Assembly (NCBI GenBank): GCA_965116025.1
Contig: OZ220480.1
Location: 352,001-416,000, forward strand
From: an uncultured candidatus Porisulfidus sp.
Lineage (GTDB): Bacteria > Pseudomonadota > Gammaproteobacteria > Poriferisulfidales > Poriferisulfidaceae
Length of the DNA: 64,000 bases
Direction: 5' to 3'
A program made the position numbers and the translations under genes. Every line of letters starts with the position of its first letter. The first letter of the stretch is position 1. The notes below the pieces were generated by a model, which was given only the letters and a program-made list of their open reading frames with translations, searched no databases and was not told where the DNA came from. Below, piece by piece: positions 51,385 through 60,620 of the stretch.

Positions 51385-51703
51385 TCTCTAAAGATCGGGA
51401 CTTCCCACGCTTGCCCGGGTCGCGCCTCGTCAATCGCTGTTCGGATATCTTCAATCTTATGCCGCGCCCATGCCATGCCGTAGCCATCAGCACGATGATT
51501 TCCACCCTTCTTCCAGCCAAATTTCGCTGATACCGTATATTTTTCCGTGGCCACTATGACCTGATACTCGCCGTCTTCGGCTTTTTGCATCAGCTCCCCA
51601 TTCTCAAGCGATTCCCAACCCATCTCCGCGGATCCGTCTACGGAATATCCTGTCAGATGTCCGCGAGGTGCACTGGAACCCCATGGATCGAACAGGACTT
51701 TAC
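51385..51703 (-). pseudogene. DUF5615/PIN-like toxin pseudogene
   Basis: Fragments KVLFD, GWESLENGELMQKAE, IRYQRNLAGRRVEIIVL and KIEDIRTAIDEARPG split across frames; start codon lost. Confidence 0.7.
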
Positions 51704-51935
51704 TGCTTCATGATTGCATTGAGGGACTCGATTTCGCGCTTGAGCGCCGCGGTCATTTGCCATGGCTTGACCTCGGGCTACCACTCCAAAAACTCTTTCA
51801 CGGAAGCACCGCTCTCGAGGTTCTTGAAGAGCGCGCAAACAGGCGCCCTGGTTCCCGTGAAGGACAAGGCTCCGCTAATCTTGCGGGAATTGCGTTCCAC
51901 CGCGGAACATGTCGTCCAGTCGGCTATTTCTTCAT
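51700..51935 (-). pseudogene. DUF433 antitoxin pseudogene
   Basis: DWTTCSAVER...SGALSFTGTRAPV.ALF.NLESGASV.EFLEW, then TAG, with the frame continuing PEVKPWQMTAAL. Confidence 0.75.
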
Positions 51936-52377
51936 CTCTTGCCAGTTCGCGACCGGTCTTTGGCCAAGCGCGCCACTTTCCTCCCGTTTCGCCTCGAAAG
52001 CGGACGGATTCCGCGGGGATAGACTTCGCAAGTAATTGATTTTTCAACGTTCTCTTTTTTCGAGGTCCGATGCGGCAAATACGATAAAGACGAGAGCGCA
52101 ACCCTCGCGCCAAGAGACTCGTTCGTAAGACTATGTTTATACTAGAATTTTAATACGCTACAATACCTGCCCGGATCACGAGAACCCTCATGCGCGCGCT
52201 CAGGCCTTCGCTGTCGCTCTCGAGCGCGTCGCAACGCGTCGATCCCATCCGCGAGACCAGCCGAATCGCCCGATTCGGCCATCGGGAGCGCCAAGACTTC
52301 CTAGGCTTGACCGAAGCCTTGGCGCGTCTCAGTTGGTTGTCGAAAGACCTTGATCGATACCAGGGCGAGGCCCTCCG

Positions 52378-54603
52378 ATGGTTCCTGCCCTGAGGTGGTT
52401 CCTGGCCGGCCCCTGGCCGGTCCTCGGGATCTTCTTGCTGCTGGCCGGGTCGCTGGCGATCATGGCCGAGGCGACCCAAAGTTCCGGGCATTTCCATCGC
52501 TGGCAGTGGTGGGTGGCCGGTTTCAACGGCGCGCTGGCCCTGGCGCTTCTGGCGCTGATCGGGCTCAGCCTTTCCGGCTTGATCCGCAGGCTGCGCCTGC
52601 GCGAGGCCGGCTCGCGCCTATCGTTGCGCATGACGGCCATGTTCGCCGGCTTCACGCTGATCCCGACCGCGATGGTGTTCGGCTTCTCGGTCTGGCTGAT
52701 CTCCAGCGGAATCGACAGCTGGTTCGACGTGGGAGTCGACGATACCTTGGGCAAGGCGATGGAGTTGAGCCGAACGTCCATCGACATGCAGATGCGGGAG
52801 CGCCGCGGCCAGGTGGAGCGTCTGTTGCGAGAGCCAGCGGACGTGGGCGACCCCGAGACCATGGTCGTGCGCATGAACGACCTGGTGGTCCAGACCGGGG
52901 CGCTGGAGGCGACCCTGCTGGATTCCAGCAATAAGATCGTCGCCTCCCAAGGAGAGGTTCCGGACATTCTTCCAGACCTGCCAGGCGAGGCCCAGCTCCA
53001 GCTGTTGCGGGAAAGCGGCGTTTACATGGCGCAGGAAGAGCACCCGGAGCACGGCCCCATCGTCCGCGTCCTGGTTCAGGTCCCGTCGCTGGTCCAGGAA
53101 CTGCCTCTGGCCACCGAGGATTCGCCATTGTCCCTGAGTCGGGAAATGCCCCTGATGAACCAGGAGTTGCCCCTGACGCTGCAAATCCTGTACCCGGTGT
53201 CCGAATACATGCTGGGCCTGACCGACAGCGTCGAGAAGGCGTCCGACACGTATCGGTTGCTTCTGGAGCTTCGGGGCCCCCTGAAATACAACCTCACCTT
53301 CGCGATGTCCCTGGCGGTCCTGCTGGGACTGCTGTTCGCGATATGGGCGGCCCTTTATTCCGCGCAACGCATCCTCTCCCCGATCGCGGAACTCTCGCGA
53401 GGCATCGAGGCCGTGGCGGCGGGCGAGTACAGCCAGCGTCTTCCGGCCGGGCGGCGCGACGAGCTCGGCCAGATGACGCGCTCTTACAACGGCATGATCG
53501 AGCGCCTGGCCAACGCCCGGTACGTGGCGGAGACCCGCCGCCTGCTGATCGAGCGCCAGCACGCCTACCTGCATACGGTGCTGGAGCATCTGTCTTCCGG
53601 AGTCATCAGCGTCAATGATCGCGGCGAGGTGGTCACCGTCAACCACGCCGTTAGCTCGATTCTGGAACTGGAGATCGGGCGATACCTCAAGAAGCCCCTC
53701 GGTCTCCCGCGCCAGGAGCATCCCCGGCTGGAGCCGCTGTGGGATTTGATGGACCGCCAACAGCATAGCGACGACGACCTCGGGGAGCAAGTGCAGATCG
53801 ACGACGAGCTCAAGATTCTGCATTGCCATGGCGCGCGACTGCCGAACGAGGCCGGCTACATAGTGGTGTTTGAGGACATCACGGACCTGCGGCAGGCGCA
53901 GCGGCAGGCGGCCTGGGGCGAGGTGGCCCGGCGAATGGCGCACGAGATCAAGAATCCGCTGACCCCCATCCGCCTCTCGGCCGAACGAATGCGGAGCCGC
54001 CTCCAGCCGCTCCTCGCCGCGAAAGACTCCGAGATCCTGCTGCGCTCCACGCGAACCATCGTGCGCCAGGTGGAATCGATGAATACCATGATCGACGAGT
54101 TTCGCGAGCATGCCGCCGCGCGCTTCACGCCCGAGAGGATGGATCTGAACGCTTTGAGCAGGGAGGTCCTCGATCTGTACATGAGCGACCGCGCGCGAAT
54201 CTCCATCCACGCCGATCTGAGCCACGCCCCGGCCTGGATCCGGGGCGACCCGGACCGAATGCGCCAGTTGCTGCATAACCTGATCAAGAACGCCCGGGAA
54301 GCGCAGGAGCGGCAGGCTAAAGGGTCGATCATCCTGAGCACCCGAGCGCGAAAGGGCGTGGTGACGCTGAAGGTGCGCGACTCCGGCCCCGGCTTCGCGC
54401 CAGAAATCCTCGGCCGGGCTCTGGAGCCGTACGTCACCACCAAGACCAGCGGGCATGGCCTGGGGCTCGCCGTCGTGTTCCGCGTCACGGAAGATCATCA
54501 AGGACGGATTCGCGTATACAATGACCCGGACGGAGGCGGGTGCGTGGAAATCGAGTTCGACGCGGCATCGCGGGAAGATCTGAGCCAGACGAGTCTCTTC
54601 TGA
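52378..54603 (+). CDS. ntrY: NtrY-like sensor histidine kinase (HAMP, PAS)
   Basis: TM segments, IDSWFD, HAMP, AWGEVARRMAHEIKNPLTPI, NLIKNA, DSGPG, GHGLGL. Confidence 0.88.
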   Translation: MVPALRWFLAGPWPVLGIFLLLAGSLAIMAEATQSSGHFHRWQWWVAGFNGALALALLALIGLSLSGLIRRLRLREAGSRLSLRMTAMFAGFTLIPTAMVFGFSVWLISSGIDSWFDVGVDDTLGKAMELSRTSIDMQMRERRGQVERLLREPADVGDPETMVVRMNDLVVQTGALEATLLDSSNKIVASQGEVPDILPDLPGEAQLQLLRESGVYMAQEEHPEHGPIVRVLVQVPSLVQELPLATEDSPLSLSREMPLMNQELPLTLQILYPVSEYMLGLTDSVEKASDTYRLLLELRGPLKYNLTFAMSLAVLLGLLFAIWAALYSAQRILSPIAELSRGIEAVAAGEYSQRLPAGRRDELGQMTRSYNGMIERLANARYVAETRRLLIERQHAYLHTVLEHLSSGVISVNDRGEVVTVNHAVSSILELEIGRYLKKPLGLPRQEHPRLEPLWDLMDRQQHSDDDLGEQVQIDDELKILHCHGARLPNEAGYIVVFEDITDLRQAQRQAAWGEVARRMAHEIKNPLTPIRLSAERMRSRLQPLLAAKDSEILLRSTRTIVRQVESMNTMIDEFREHAAARFTPERMDLNALSREVLDLYMSDRARISIHADLSHAPAWIRGDPDRMRQLLHNLIKNAREAQERQAKGSIILSTRARKGVVTLKVRDSGPGFAPEILGRALEPYVTTKTSGHGLGLAVVFRVTEDHQGRIRVYNDPDGGGCVEIEFDAASREDLSQTSLF

Positions 54604-54637
54604 TGACGAGACGTGAGCCTGAGAGAGAGATGGCGGC

Positions 54638-55987
54638 ATGAATCGGGAATCCATCCTGATCGTCGATGACGAATCCGACATTCGGACCCAAATCCAGGAT
54701 ATCCTTTCCGACCAGGGCTATCAGGTCCTGCAGGCCCCCTCCGCCGCCGTCGCCCGGGAGACCGCGAGGCGACAGTCGGTGGACCTGGCGTTGCTGGATA
54801 TCTGGATGCCGGGCGAGGACGGGATGAGCCTGCTACGGTCCTGGCTCCACGACGACAGCCTGGAGTTCCCGATTCTCATGATGTCCGGACACGGCAACGT
54901 CGAGACCGCGCTGGAGGCCACCCGGCTCGGGGCCTGGCATTATCTGGAGAAGCCCTTCGCGATGGACAAGCTGCTGCTAAGCGTCGCGCGGGCTCTGGAG
55001 ACCCACCGGCTTCGCCGACAAAACCAGAACCTGTTCGAGGACACGGCGGCCGCGGAGCGGCTCATCGGCGACAGCCCAGAGATCCGCCGCTTGCGAGAAC
55101 GGGCGAAAGCGCTTGGCAACAGCGGGGATCCGGCCCTGATCCTGGGCGAGCCCGGCAGCGAGTTCCTGGCGCTCGCCAACTACATCCACCACAACGGCGC
55201 CCGCCACCACTGGCAGGTCGTCGTCGCCAGCGGGCAGAATCTGGATCAGGGACTGTTCGAGAGGTCGCTGGGCCACGACGCCCCCCTGCTGCTCGAGGCG
55301 CATGGCGGCACCCTGCTGATCGATCCGCTGGACCAATTGGCGATCACGACTCAGCGGCGCCTGCTCTCCGTGCTCGAGAACCGCCACCTCCTGCTGGAGG
55401 ACGGCACGGCCACCCCCATCGACGCGCAACTCCTCGCCACCCTGCACCAGAGGCCCGAGACGGCCTTGGCGGCGAAGACGCTGGACCCCGCCCTGTACGC
55501 CCGGCTGGCGCCTCACACACTGACCCTCCCGCCATTGCGCGAGCGCGCCCAGGACATCCCGCAACTGGTCGAGCATTACACCACCCGCTATTGCGCGCGG
55601 GACAACCTTAGCATGCGAAGCTTTCCGCCCGACGTGCTGGAATTGCTGCGCCAGCACGACTGGCCGGACAACGCCCACGAGTTGCGCCGCGTCGTCTATC
55701 AGCTGCTGATCAGCGGCGAGGAGAGCGAGATCAGCCGGGAGCGAACCCGGAGCCTGCTGCGCCCGGCCCCATCCGACGACGCTCTCCCCAAAGAGATGGA
55801 GGATCTGGTGGATCTGCCCTATCGAGAGGCCCGCGCGCGGTTCGAGCGGATGTACTACCAATTCCAGATCGAGCGCTGCGGTGGCAGTATCAGCCGCCTG
55901 TCCGCCAGCACCAGCATGGAGCGCACCTATCTGTATCGGAAACTGCGTAGCCTCGGTATCGAGCGGCCAGGGGACTCCTCTTCCTGA
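54638..55987 (+). CDS. ntrX: NtrX-like response regulator with a degenerate AAA+ domain
   Basis: Receiver domain (VDDE, LDIWMP, SGHG, EKP), AAA-like core, Fis-type HTH (MERTYLYRKL). Confidence 0.85.
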   Translation: MNRESILIVDDESDIRTQIQDILSDQGYQVLQAPSAAVARETARRQSVDLALLDIWMPGEDGMSLLRSWLHDDSLEFPILMMSGHGNVETALEATRLGAWHYLEKPFAMDKLLLSVARALETHRLRRQNQNLFEDTAAAERLIGDSPEIRRLRERAKALGNSGDPALILGEPGSEFLALANYIHHNGARHHWQVVVASGQNLDQGLFERSLGHDAPLLLEAHGGTLLIDPLDQLAITTQRRLLSVLENRHLLLEDGTATPIDAQLLATLHQRPETALAAKTLDPALYARLAPHTLTLPPLRERAQDIPQLVEHYTTRYCARDNLSMRSFPPDVLELLRQHDWPDNAHELRRVVYQLLISGEESEISRERTRSLLRPAPSDDALPKEMEDLVDLPYREARARFERMYYQFQIERCGGSISRLSASTSMERTYLYRKLRSLGIERPGDSSS

Positions 55988-56014
55988 GCGGGAACTGACC
56001 CTCTCTCCCGACAC

Positions 56015-57376
56015 ATGAAGATCATCATTCTCGGGGCGGGCCGGATCGGTAGCTCGCTGGCGGTCGGACTGGCTCAGGAAAACAGCGAGATCACGCTGGT
56101 GGACCTGGAGGAGAGCAGCCTGAGCGCCGTCTCCAGCCACGTGGACCTGCGCGCCATCTGCGGCAACGGGGCGCACCCCAACATTCTGCGGCAGGCCGGC
56201 GCCGAGGATGCCGACATGCTGGTCGCGCTGACCCGCAGCGACGAGGTCAACATGATCGCCTGCCAAGTCGCCTACAGCCTGTTCAACACGCCCCAGCGGA
56301 TCGCCCGGGTGCGGGCCTCGGAGTACCTGACGCAGGGCGATCTGTTCATGACGGAGTCCCTGCCCATCGACGTTCTGATCAGTCCGGAGCAGATCGCGGC
56401 GCGCAACGTCGAGCAACTGATCCGCCATCCCGGCCCTCTGCAGGTGTTCGAGTTCGCCGACGGTCTGGTGAAGCTCGCTATGGTGCGCGTCTCCCCCGGC
56501 GCCGAGGCCGCCGGGCGCAGCCTGCTCGACCTGCGCCACAGCCTTCCGGACATCCAGCTGCGCGTGGCCGCCGTCTACCGGGACCAGCGACTCCTGAAGC
56601 CGGAGCCCGAGTTGCGCCTCAAGGCGCACGACGAGATCTTCGTTCTCGCGCGCGCGGAGCAGCTCGGCGCGGTCGTCAAGAAATTGCGCGTCCGGGTCGG
56701 TCGGAGCCGCCACATCGTCATCGCCGGCGGCGGCAACGTCGGCCACGGCGTGGCCGCGCGGCTGGAGTCGGTCTGCCACGTCAAGATCATCGAGCACGAC
56801 GAGCACCGCGCCCGCTATCTGTCGGAGCAGCTGTCCCGGGCCACGGTGCTGCAGGGCAACGCGACCGACGACAAGCTGCTGCTCGACGAGAACATCCGGG
56901 ACATGGACGTTTTCTGCGCGCTGACCAACAACGAGGAAGCCAATATTCTGTCGGCCATGCAGGCCAAGCGCATGGGGGCGTCCACCACGATCGCCCTGAT
57001 TGACCGGCCGATCTACCTCGACCTGATCGAGCGCTCCATCGATATCGCGGTCTCTCCCCAGCAGGCCACGTTGAGCGAGCTGCTGACGCACATTCGCCAG
57101 GGAGACGTGCTCGCGGTGCACTCGCTGCGGCGCGGACGCGCCGAGGCTCTGGAGGCCAAGGCCCACCGCACGGCCGCGGCGATCGGCAAGCCGATCGGAG
57201 AGCTCGACCTTCCAGCTGGCGCCGCCATCATCGCGCTGGTCCGCGGCGGCGAGATGATTCTGCCGAACGCGCTCAGCGCGATTCAGCCAGATGATCGCGT
57301 CATCCTGTTCATCAGCGACAAGCGATACCTGAAGGACGTCGAGCGCCTGTTCCAGGTCAGCGCCACGTTTTTCTGA
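56015..57376 (+). CDS. trkA: Trk potassium uptake NAD-binding subunit
   Basis: GAGRIG and GGGNVG RCK motifs, SDEVNMIAC. Confidence 0.95.
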   Translation: MKIIILGAGRIGSSLAVGLAQENSEITLVDLEESSLSAVSSHVDLRAICGNGAHPNILRQAGAEDADMLVALTRSDEVNMIACQVAYSLFNTPQRIARVRASEYLTQGDLFMTESLPIDVLISPEQIAARNVEQLIRHPGPLQVFEFADGLVKLAMVRVSPGAEAAGRSLLDLRHSLPDIQLRVAAVYRDQRLLKPEPELRLKAHDEIFVLARAEQLGAVVKKLRVRVGRSRHIVIAGGGNVGHGVAARLESVCHVKIIEHDEHRARYLSEQLSRATVLQGNATDDKLLLDENIRDMDVFCALTNNEEANILSAMQAKRMGASTTIALIDRPIYLDLIERSIDIAVSPQQATLSELLTHIRQGDVLAVHSLRRGRAEALEAKAHRTAAAIGKPIGELDLPAGAAIIALVRGGEMILPNALSAIQPDDRVILFISDKRYLKDVERLFQVSATFF

Positions 57377-57379
57377 CCC

Positions 57380-58846
57380 ATGCCGATCCAGTACCGGGTC
57401 GTCCAGCGCCTGCTCGGCTACCTGCTGACCGTTTTCAGTCTCGGAATGCTGCCTCCCTTGGCGCTGAGCCTGGCGCTGGACGACGGCGAGGCGTTCTCGT
57501 TCCTATACACGTTCTTCCTGCTGTCCCTCCTAGGCATCGCCCTGTGGGTCCAAGCCGCGCGCCGGGCCCCGCGCCGGCAACCTCTGCGACTGCGCGACGG
57601 CTTCGTGGTCGTCTCTCTGTTCTGGATCGGTCTGGGGCTGGCCGGGTCCATTCCCCTGTACATCTCGCCTTCTCTGCGACTCAGCGGAACCGACGCCGTG
57701 TTCGAGGCGGTCTCGGGGCTAACCACCACCGGCGCGACGGCGCTGTCGGGTCTGGACGGTATGCCTCCGTCCATCCTGTTCTACCGCCAGCTCCTGCAGT
57801 GGGTCGGCGGCCTCGGCATCATCGTGCTTGCGGTCGCCATCCTGCCTCTGGTCGGCATGGGGGGCGTGCAACTGTACCAGGCGGAAGCTCCGCACTCCCT
57901 AGCCGAGCGGCGTCTAACCCCGCGCATCGCCGAGACCGCCAAGGTGCTGCTGTATCTGTATTCCGGCCTGACCCTCGCCTGCGGACTCGCGTACTGGGGA
58001 GCCGGCATGAGCCCGTTCGACGCCGTCTGCCACGCGCTCTCCACCGTCGCCATCGGAGGCTTCTCCACCCACGACGCCAGCCTTGGACACTTCGACAGCG
58101 TTCTGATCGAGGCGACCGCGATCATCTTCATGATCTTGGCCGGGGCGAATTTCGGGCTGCATTATCTGGCGCTGAGCCGGCGCGGCCTCCAACCGTACCT
58201 CCAAAACGGGGAATTCCGCGCCTATATCACGGTGCTGGCCACGGTGGCCATCATCTGCGTCGGCTATCTTTGGGCCACGTCCTTCTCCGAAGACCCGCTC
58301 GAGACCGCGCGCCACGGACTCTTCCAAGCCGTGTCCATCGCCACCACCACCGGATACGCCACGACCGGATACGACCACTGGCCCGCGTTCGCGTCCACGC
58401 TGCTCTTGCTCGCCAGCTTCATCGGCGGATGCGTCGGCTCCACTGGCGGCGGGATGAAGGTGATCCGATTCTTGCTGATGGTCAAGCACGGCGGCAAGGA
58501 ACTGTACCGGATCATCCACCCCTCCGTGCAGGTCACGGTCCGGATCGGAGACCGCGTGATGCCGCAAAGCGCCCTGCAGTCGGTCTGGGGATTCTTCGCC
58601 GCCTACATCACGACCTTCACCGCGCTGTTTCTGCTGCTGATGATGACCGGGCTGGACCAAGTCAGCGCGTTCTCGGCGGTGGCCGCCACCCTCAACAACC
58701 TAGGGCCCGGACTCGGAGAGGTCAGCCAGAACTACGCCTCGGTGAGCGACTTCGGCAAGTGGCTGCTGTGCGCCAGCATGGTGTTCGGGCGCCTGGAGGT
58801 CTTCACCCTGCTGGTGATCCTGACACCGGCGTTCTGGCGCCGATAG
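57380..58846 (+). CDS. trkH: Trk potassium uptake membrane subunit
   Basis: SGLTTTGAT, GGFSTH, TTTGY, GSTGGG, NNLGPG, GRLE. Confidence 0.95.
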   Translation: MPIQYRVVQRLLGYLLTVFSLGMLPPLALSLALDDGEAFSFLYTFFLLSLLGIALWVQAARRAPRRQPLRLRDGFVVVSLFWIGLGLAGSIPLYISPSLRLSGTDAVFEAVSGLTTTGATALSGLDGMPPSILFYRQLLQWVGGLGIIVLAVAILPLVGMGGVQLYQAEAPHSLAERRLTPRIAETAKVLLYLYSGLTLACGLAYWGAGMSPFDAVCHALSTVAIGGFSTHDASLGHFDSVLIEATAIIFMILAGANFGLHYLALSRRGLQPYLQNGEFRAYITVLATVAIICVGYLWATSFSEDPLETARHGLFQAVSIATTTGYATTGYDHWPAFASTLLLLASFIGGCVGSTGGGMKVIRFLLMVKHGGKELYRIIHPSVQVTVRIGDRVMPQSALQSVWGFFAAYITTFTALFLLLMMTGLDQVSAFSAVAATLNNLGPGLGEVSQNYASVSDFGKWLLCASMVFGRLEVFTLLVILTPAFWRR

Positions 58847-58885
58847 CGCGACGAGTCTCCGCTTCCTGAAACGCGGCGGAAACGC

Positions 58886-59767
58886 TTATCGATACAGCGA
58901 TTCGGGAGGAACCAGCCGCTTGCGAAAGCGCGGGTAGCTCCACCAGTACTGGGTCACGTCCTCGGCAATGGCCGTCTCCACCATGGCGTTGATCCCGGCC
59001 GCGGCCTCCTCCCGATCCGGGGAGTAGACGCGCGGGTCGGCCGCGCGGAACGTGACATGGAACCCACCGCGGCGGCGGCTCGACTGAATCATGAGCGCGA
59101 CGACATCCTGCCGCCGCGCCAGACGGGCGGCCAGACCGCCCGTGTTCGCCAGCACCCCGAAGAACGGCGCCATCACGCCGTCCTCCTTCCGGCGCGGGAC
59201 GTGGTCCGGCAAGATGCCGACCGCGCGCCCCTCCCGAAGCGCCTGCAAGAGCATGCGCACGCCGCCGCGGTCCGCGGGAACCAGAACCGCGCCGGTGTGC
59301 TGCCGTCCCTGGCGGACGAAGCCATCGATCCTGCGGTGCCTCAGCGGCCGGTACATGCTGCGCATGGCGACATGCCCGGTCAGGTACAGGCCGCTGAATT
59401 CCCAATTCCCGAAATGCGGCGTCACCAGAACGATTCCCTTGCCGCTCGCCCGGGCCCGCTCCAGCAAATCCAGCCCCGTCACCCGAACCGCGAGAGACTC
59501 GATCCGCGCCGGCGACAGGCGCCACAGGCGCGGCATCTCCAGCAGGGTGCGGGCCTCATGGATCAGACTCTTGCGCGCCACGCTCCAGCGCCAGGCATCG
59601 CTTTTCTCCGGGTAGCAGAGACGTAGATTCGCCAAGCAGATTTCGAGCCGGCGACCCGGCACGTAGCCGAGCCAGAGCCCCGCGAGGCCACCCAAAAGGC
59701 GCGACAGGGGCAACGGCGCCAGCGAGAGAAGCCGTAGCAGAAACAGGGAAAAACGCGAATCGAGCAC
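58886..59767 (-). CDS. lpxL: Lipid A lauroyl acyltransferase family
   Basis: HFGNWE, LPDH, APFFG, QYWWSYPRF. Confidence 0.85.
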   Translation of the reverse strand: MLDSRFSLFLLRLLSLAPLPLSRLLGGLAGLWLGYVPGRRLEICLANLRLCYPEKSDAWRWSVARKSLIHEARTLLEMPRLWRLSPARIESLAVRVTGLDLLERARASGKGIVLVTPHFGNWEFSGLYLTGHVAMRSMYRPLRHRRIDGFVRQGRQHTGAVLVPADRGGVRMLLQALREGRAVGILPDHVPRRKEDGVMAPFFGVLANTGGLAARLARRQDVVALMIQSSRRRGGFHVTFRAADPRVYSPDREEAAAGINAMVETAIAEDVTQYWWSYPRFRKRLVPPESLYR

Positions 59768-59929
59768 GAAACTCTGGTCCCCGCGCGGCGGGTATAGGCT
59801 GGACTTCCCGGGATTGATCGAGGCGGGATTCGTCCTAGCCGGAACGCGGTGTCGGCCAGCACGGGGCCATGGAACGGGCGGCCATGAGTCTTCCGTCCTC
59901 TTTGGTCATTTAGAGTCTAGAGTCGCGCC

Positions 59930-60043
59930 CTACGCGCCATACAAAACGTCCGTTATCAGATACGCGAGCCACGCGAACACCGCGAGGATCGGAGCGTACA
60001 GGCACAGCAATATTATCGCCCAATGCCGCAGTTTCCGCATCAT
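59930..60043 (-). CDS. Putative 37-aa single-TM small protein
   Basis: MMRKLRHWAIILLCLYAPILAVFAWLAYLITDVLYGA: basic N-terminus followed by a hydrophobic helix. Confidence 0.4.
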   Translation of the reverse strand: MMRKLRHWAIILLCLYAPILAVFAWLAYLITDVLYGA

Positions 60044-60068
60044 ACCTACAACGTGGCCAGCTTGCGAC

Positions 60069-60275
60069 CTAGCGCCAGCGATTGTCGCAGGCACCAATCG
60101 TGCCGTCCGCGTGCGTGAGCAGCAGGTCGTGCTCAGCAGGCTTGAGCTGCTCCCCCGCGCGCCAGCACCGATGCAGAACTTGCACTCTCGATGCCTCGCC
60201 ATTCCCCACCAGACTGGGCGAGTCTTCGGGATCTTCCCGAAATTGAATAACGTCGTCGTGCTTGCCGCCCATCAT
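60069..60275 (-). CDS. Hypothetical 68-aa protein
   Basis: ATGA overlap with the upstream small ORF; no recognised motif. Confidence 0.3.
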   Translation of the reverse strand: MMGGKHDDVIQFREDPEDSPSLVGNGEASRVQVLHRCWRAGEQLKPAEHDLLLTHADGTIGACDNRWR

Positions 60276-60415
60276 CCCAAGAAGTCAAAATCGGACTCGA
60301 CCAACTCGTCCGCGCTCACGCCCATAAGCGTGACGCTCACGCCTTCCCGGCACTCGGTGATCACCGCGTTACTGGCTTCGCTGTCCGTGATCGTCAAGTC
60401 TTTGTATTTCGCCAT
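60272..60415 (-). CDS. 47-aa ORF resembling an RTX/T1SS C-terminal secretion-signal fragment
   Basis: MAKYKDLTITDSEASNAVITECREGVSVTLMGVSADELVESDFDFLG. Confidence 0.45.
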   Translation of the reverse strand: MAKYKDLTITDSEASNAVITECREGVSVTLMGVSADELVESDFDFLG

Positions 60416-60620
60416 ACTAATTTAGACGCGCTCCGCGAGGCCGGTGCTAGTGTAGCAGACTATCCCGACCGGGAATCCGCGCTAGGAAAACTTGGAATAA
60501 GCAACCTTGAAACTGGCTTTATGAACCGCGCGTGCCATCCACTCATCGATTAGCGTATCCGCGTCCAGCCCCGCCCCCGCGGGAACGCCGTTATAGAATG
60601 AGCGGCGCTCACCCACCCCG

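Noticed and set aside
51778-51780. TAG readthrough or recoding in DUF433
   Set aside because: The neighbouring gene also has frameshifts, and TAG ends normal genes here (fprA, mrcA, trkH), so decay is the simpler explanation
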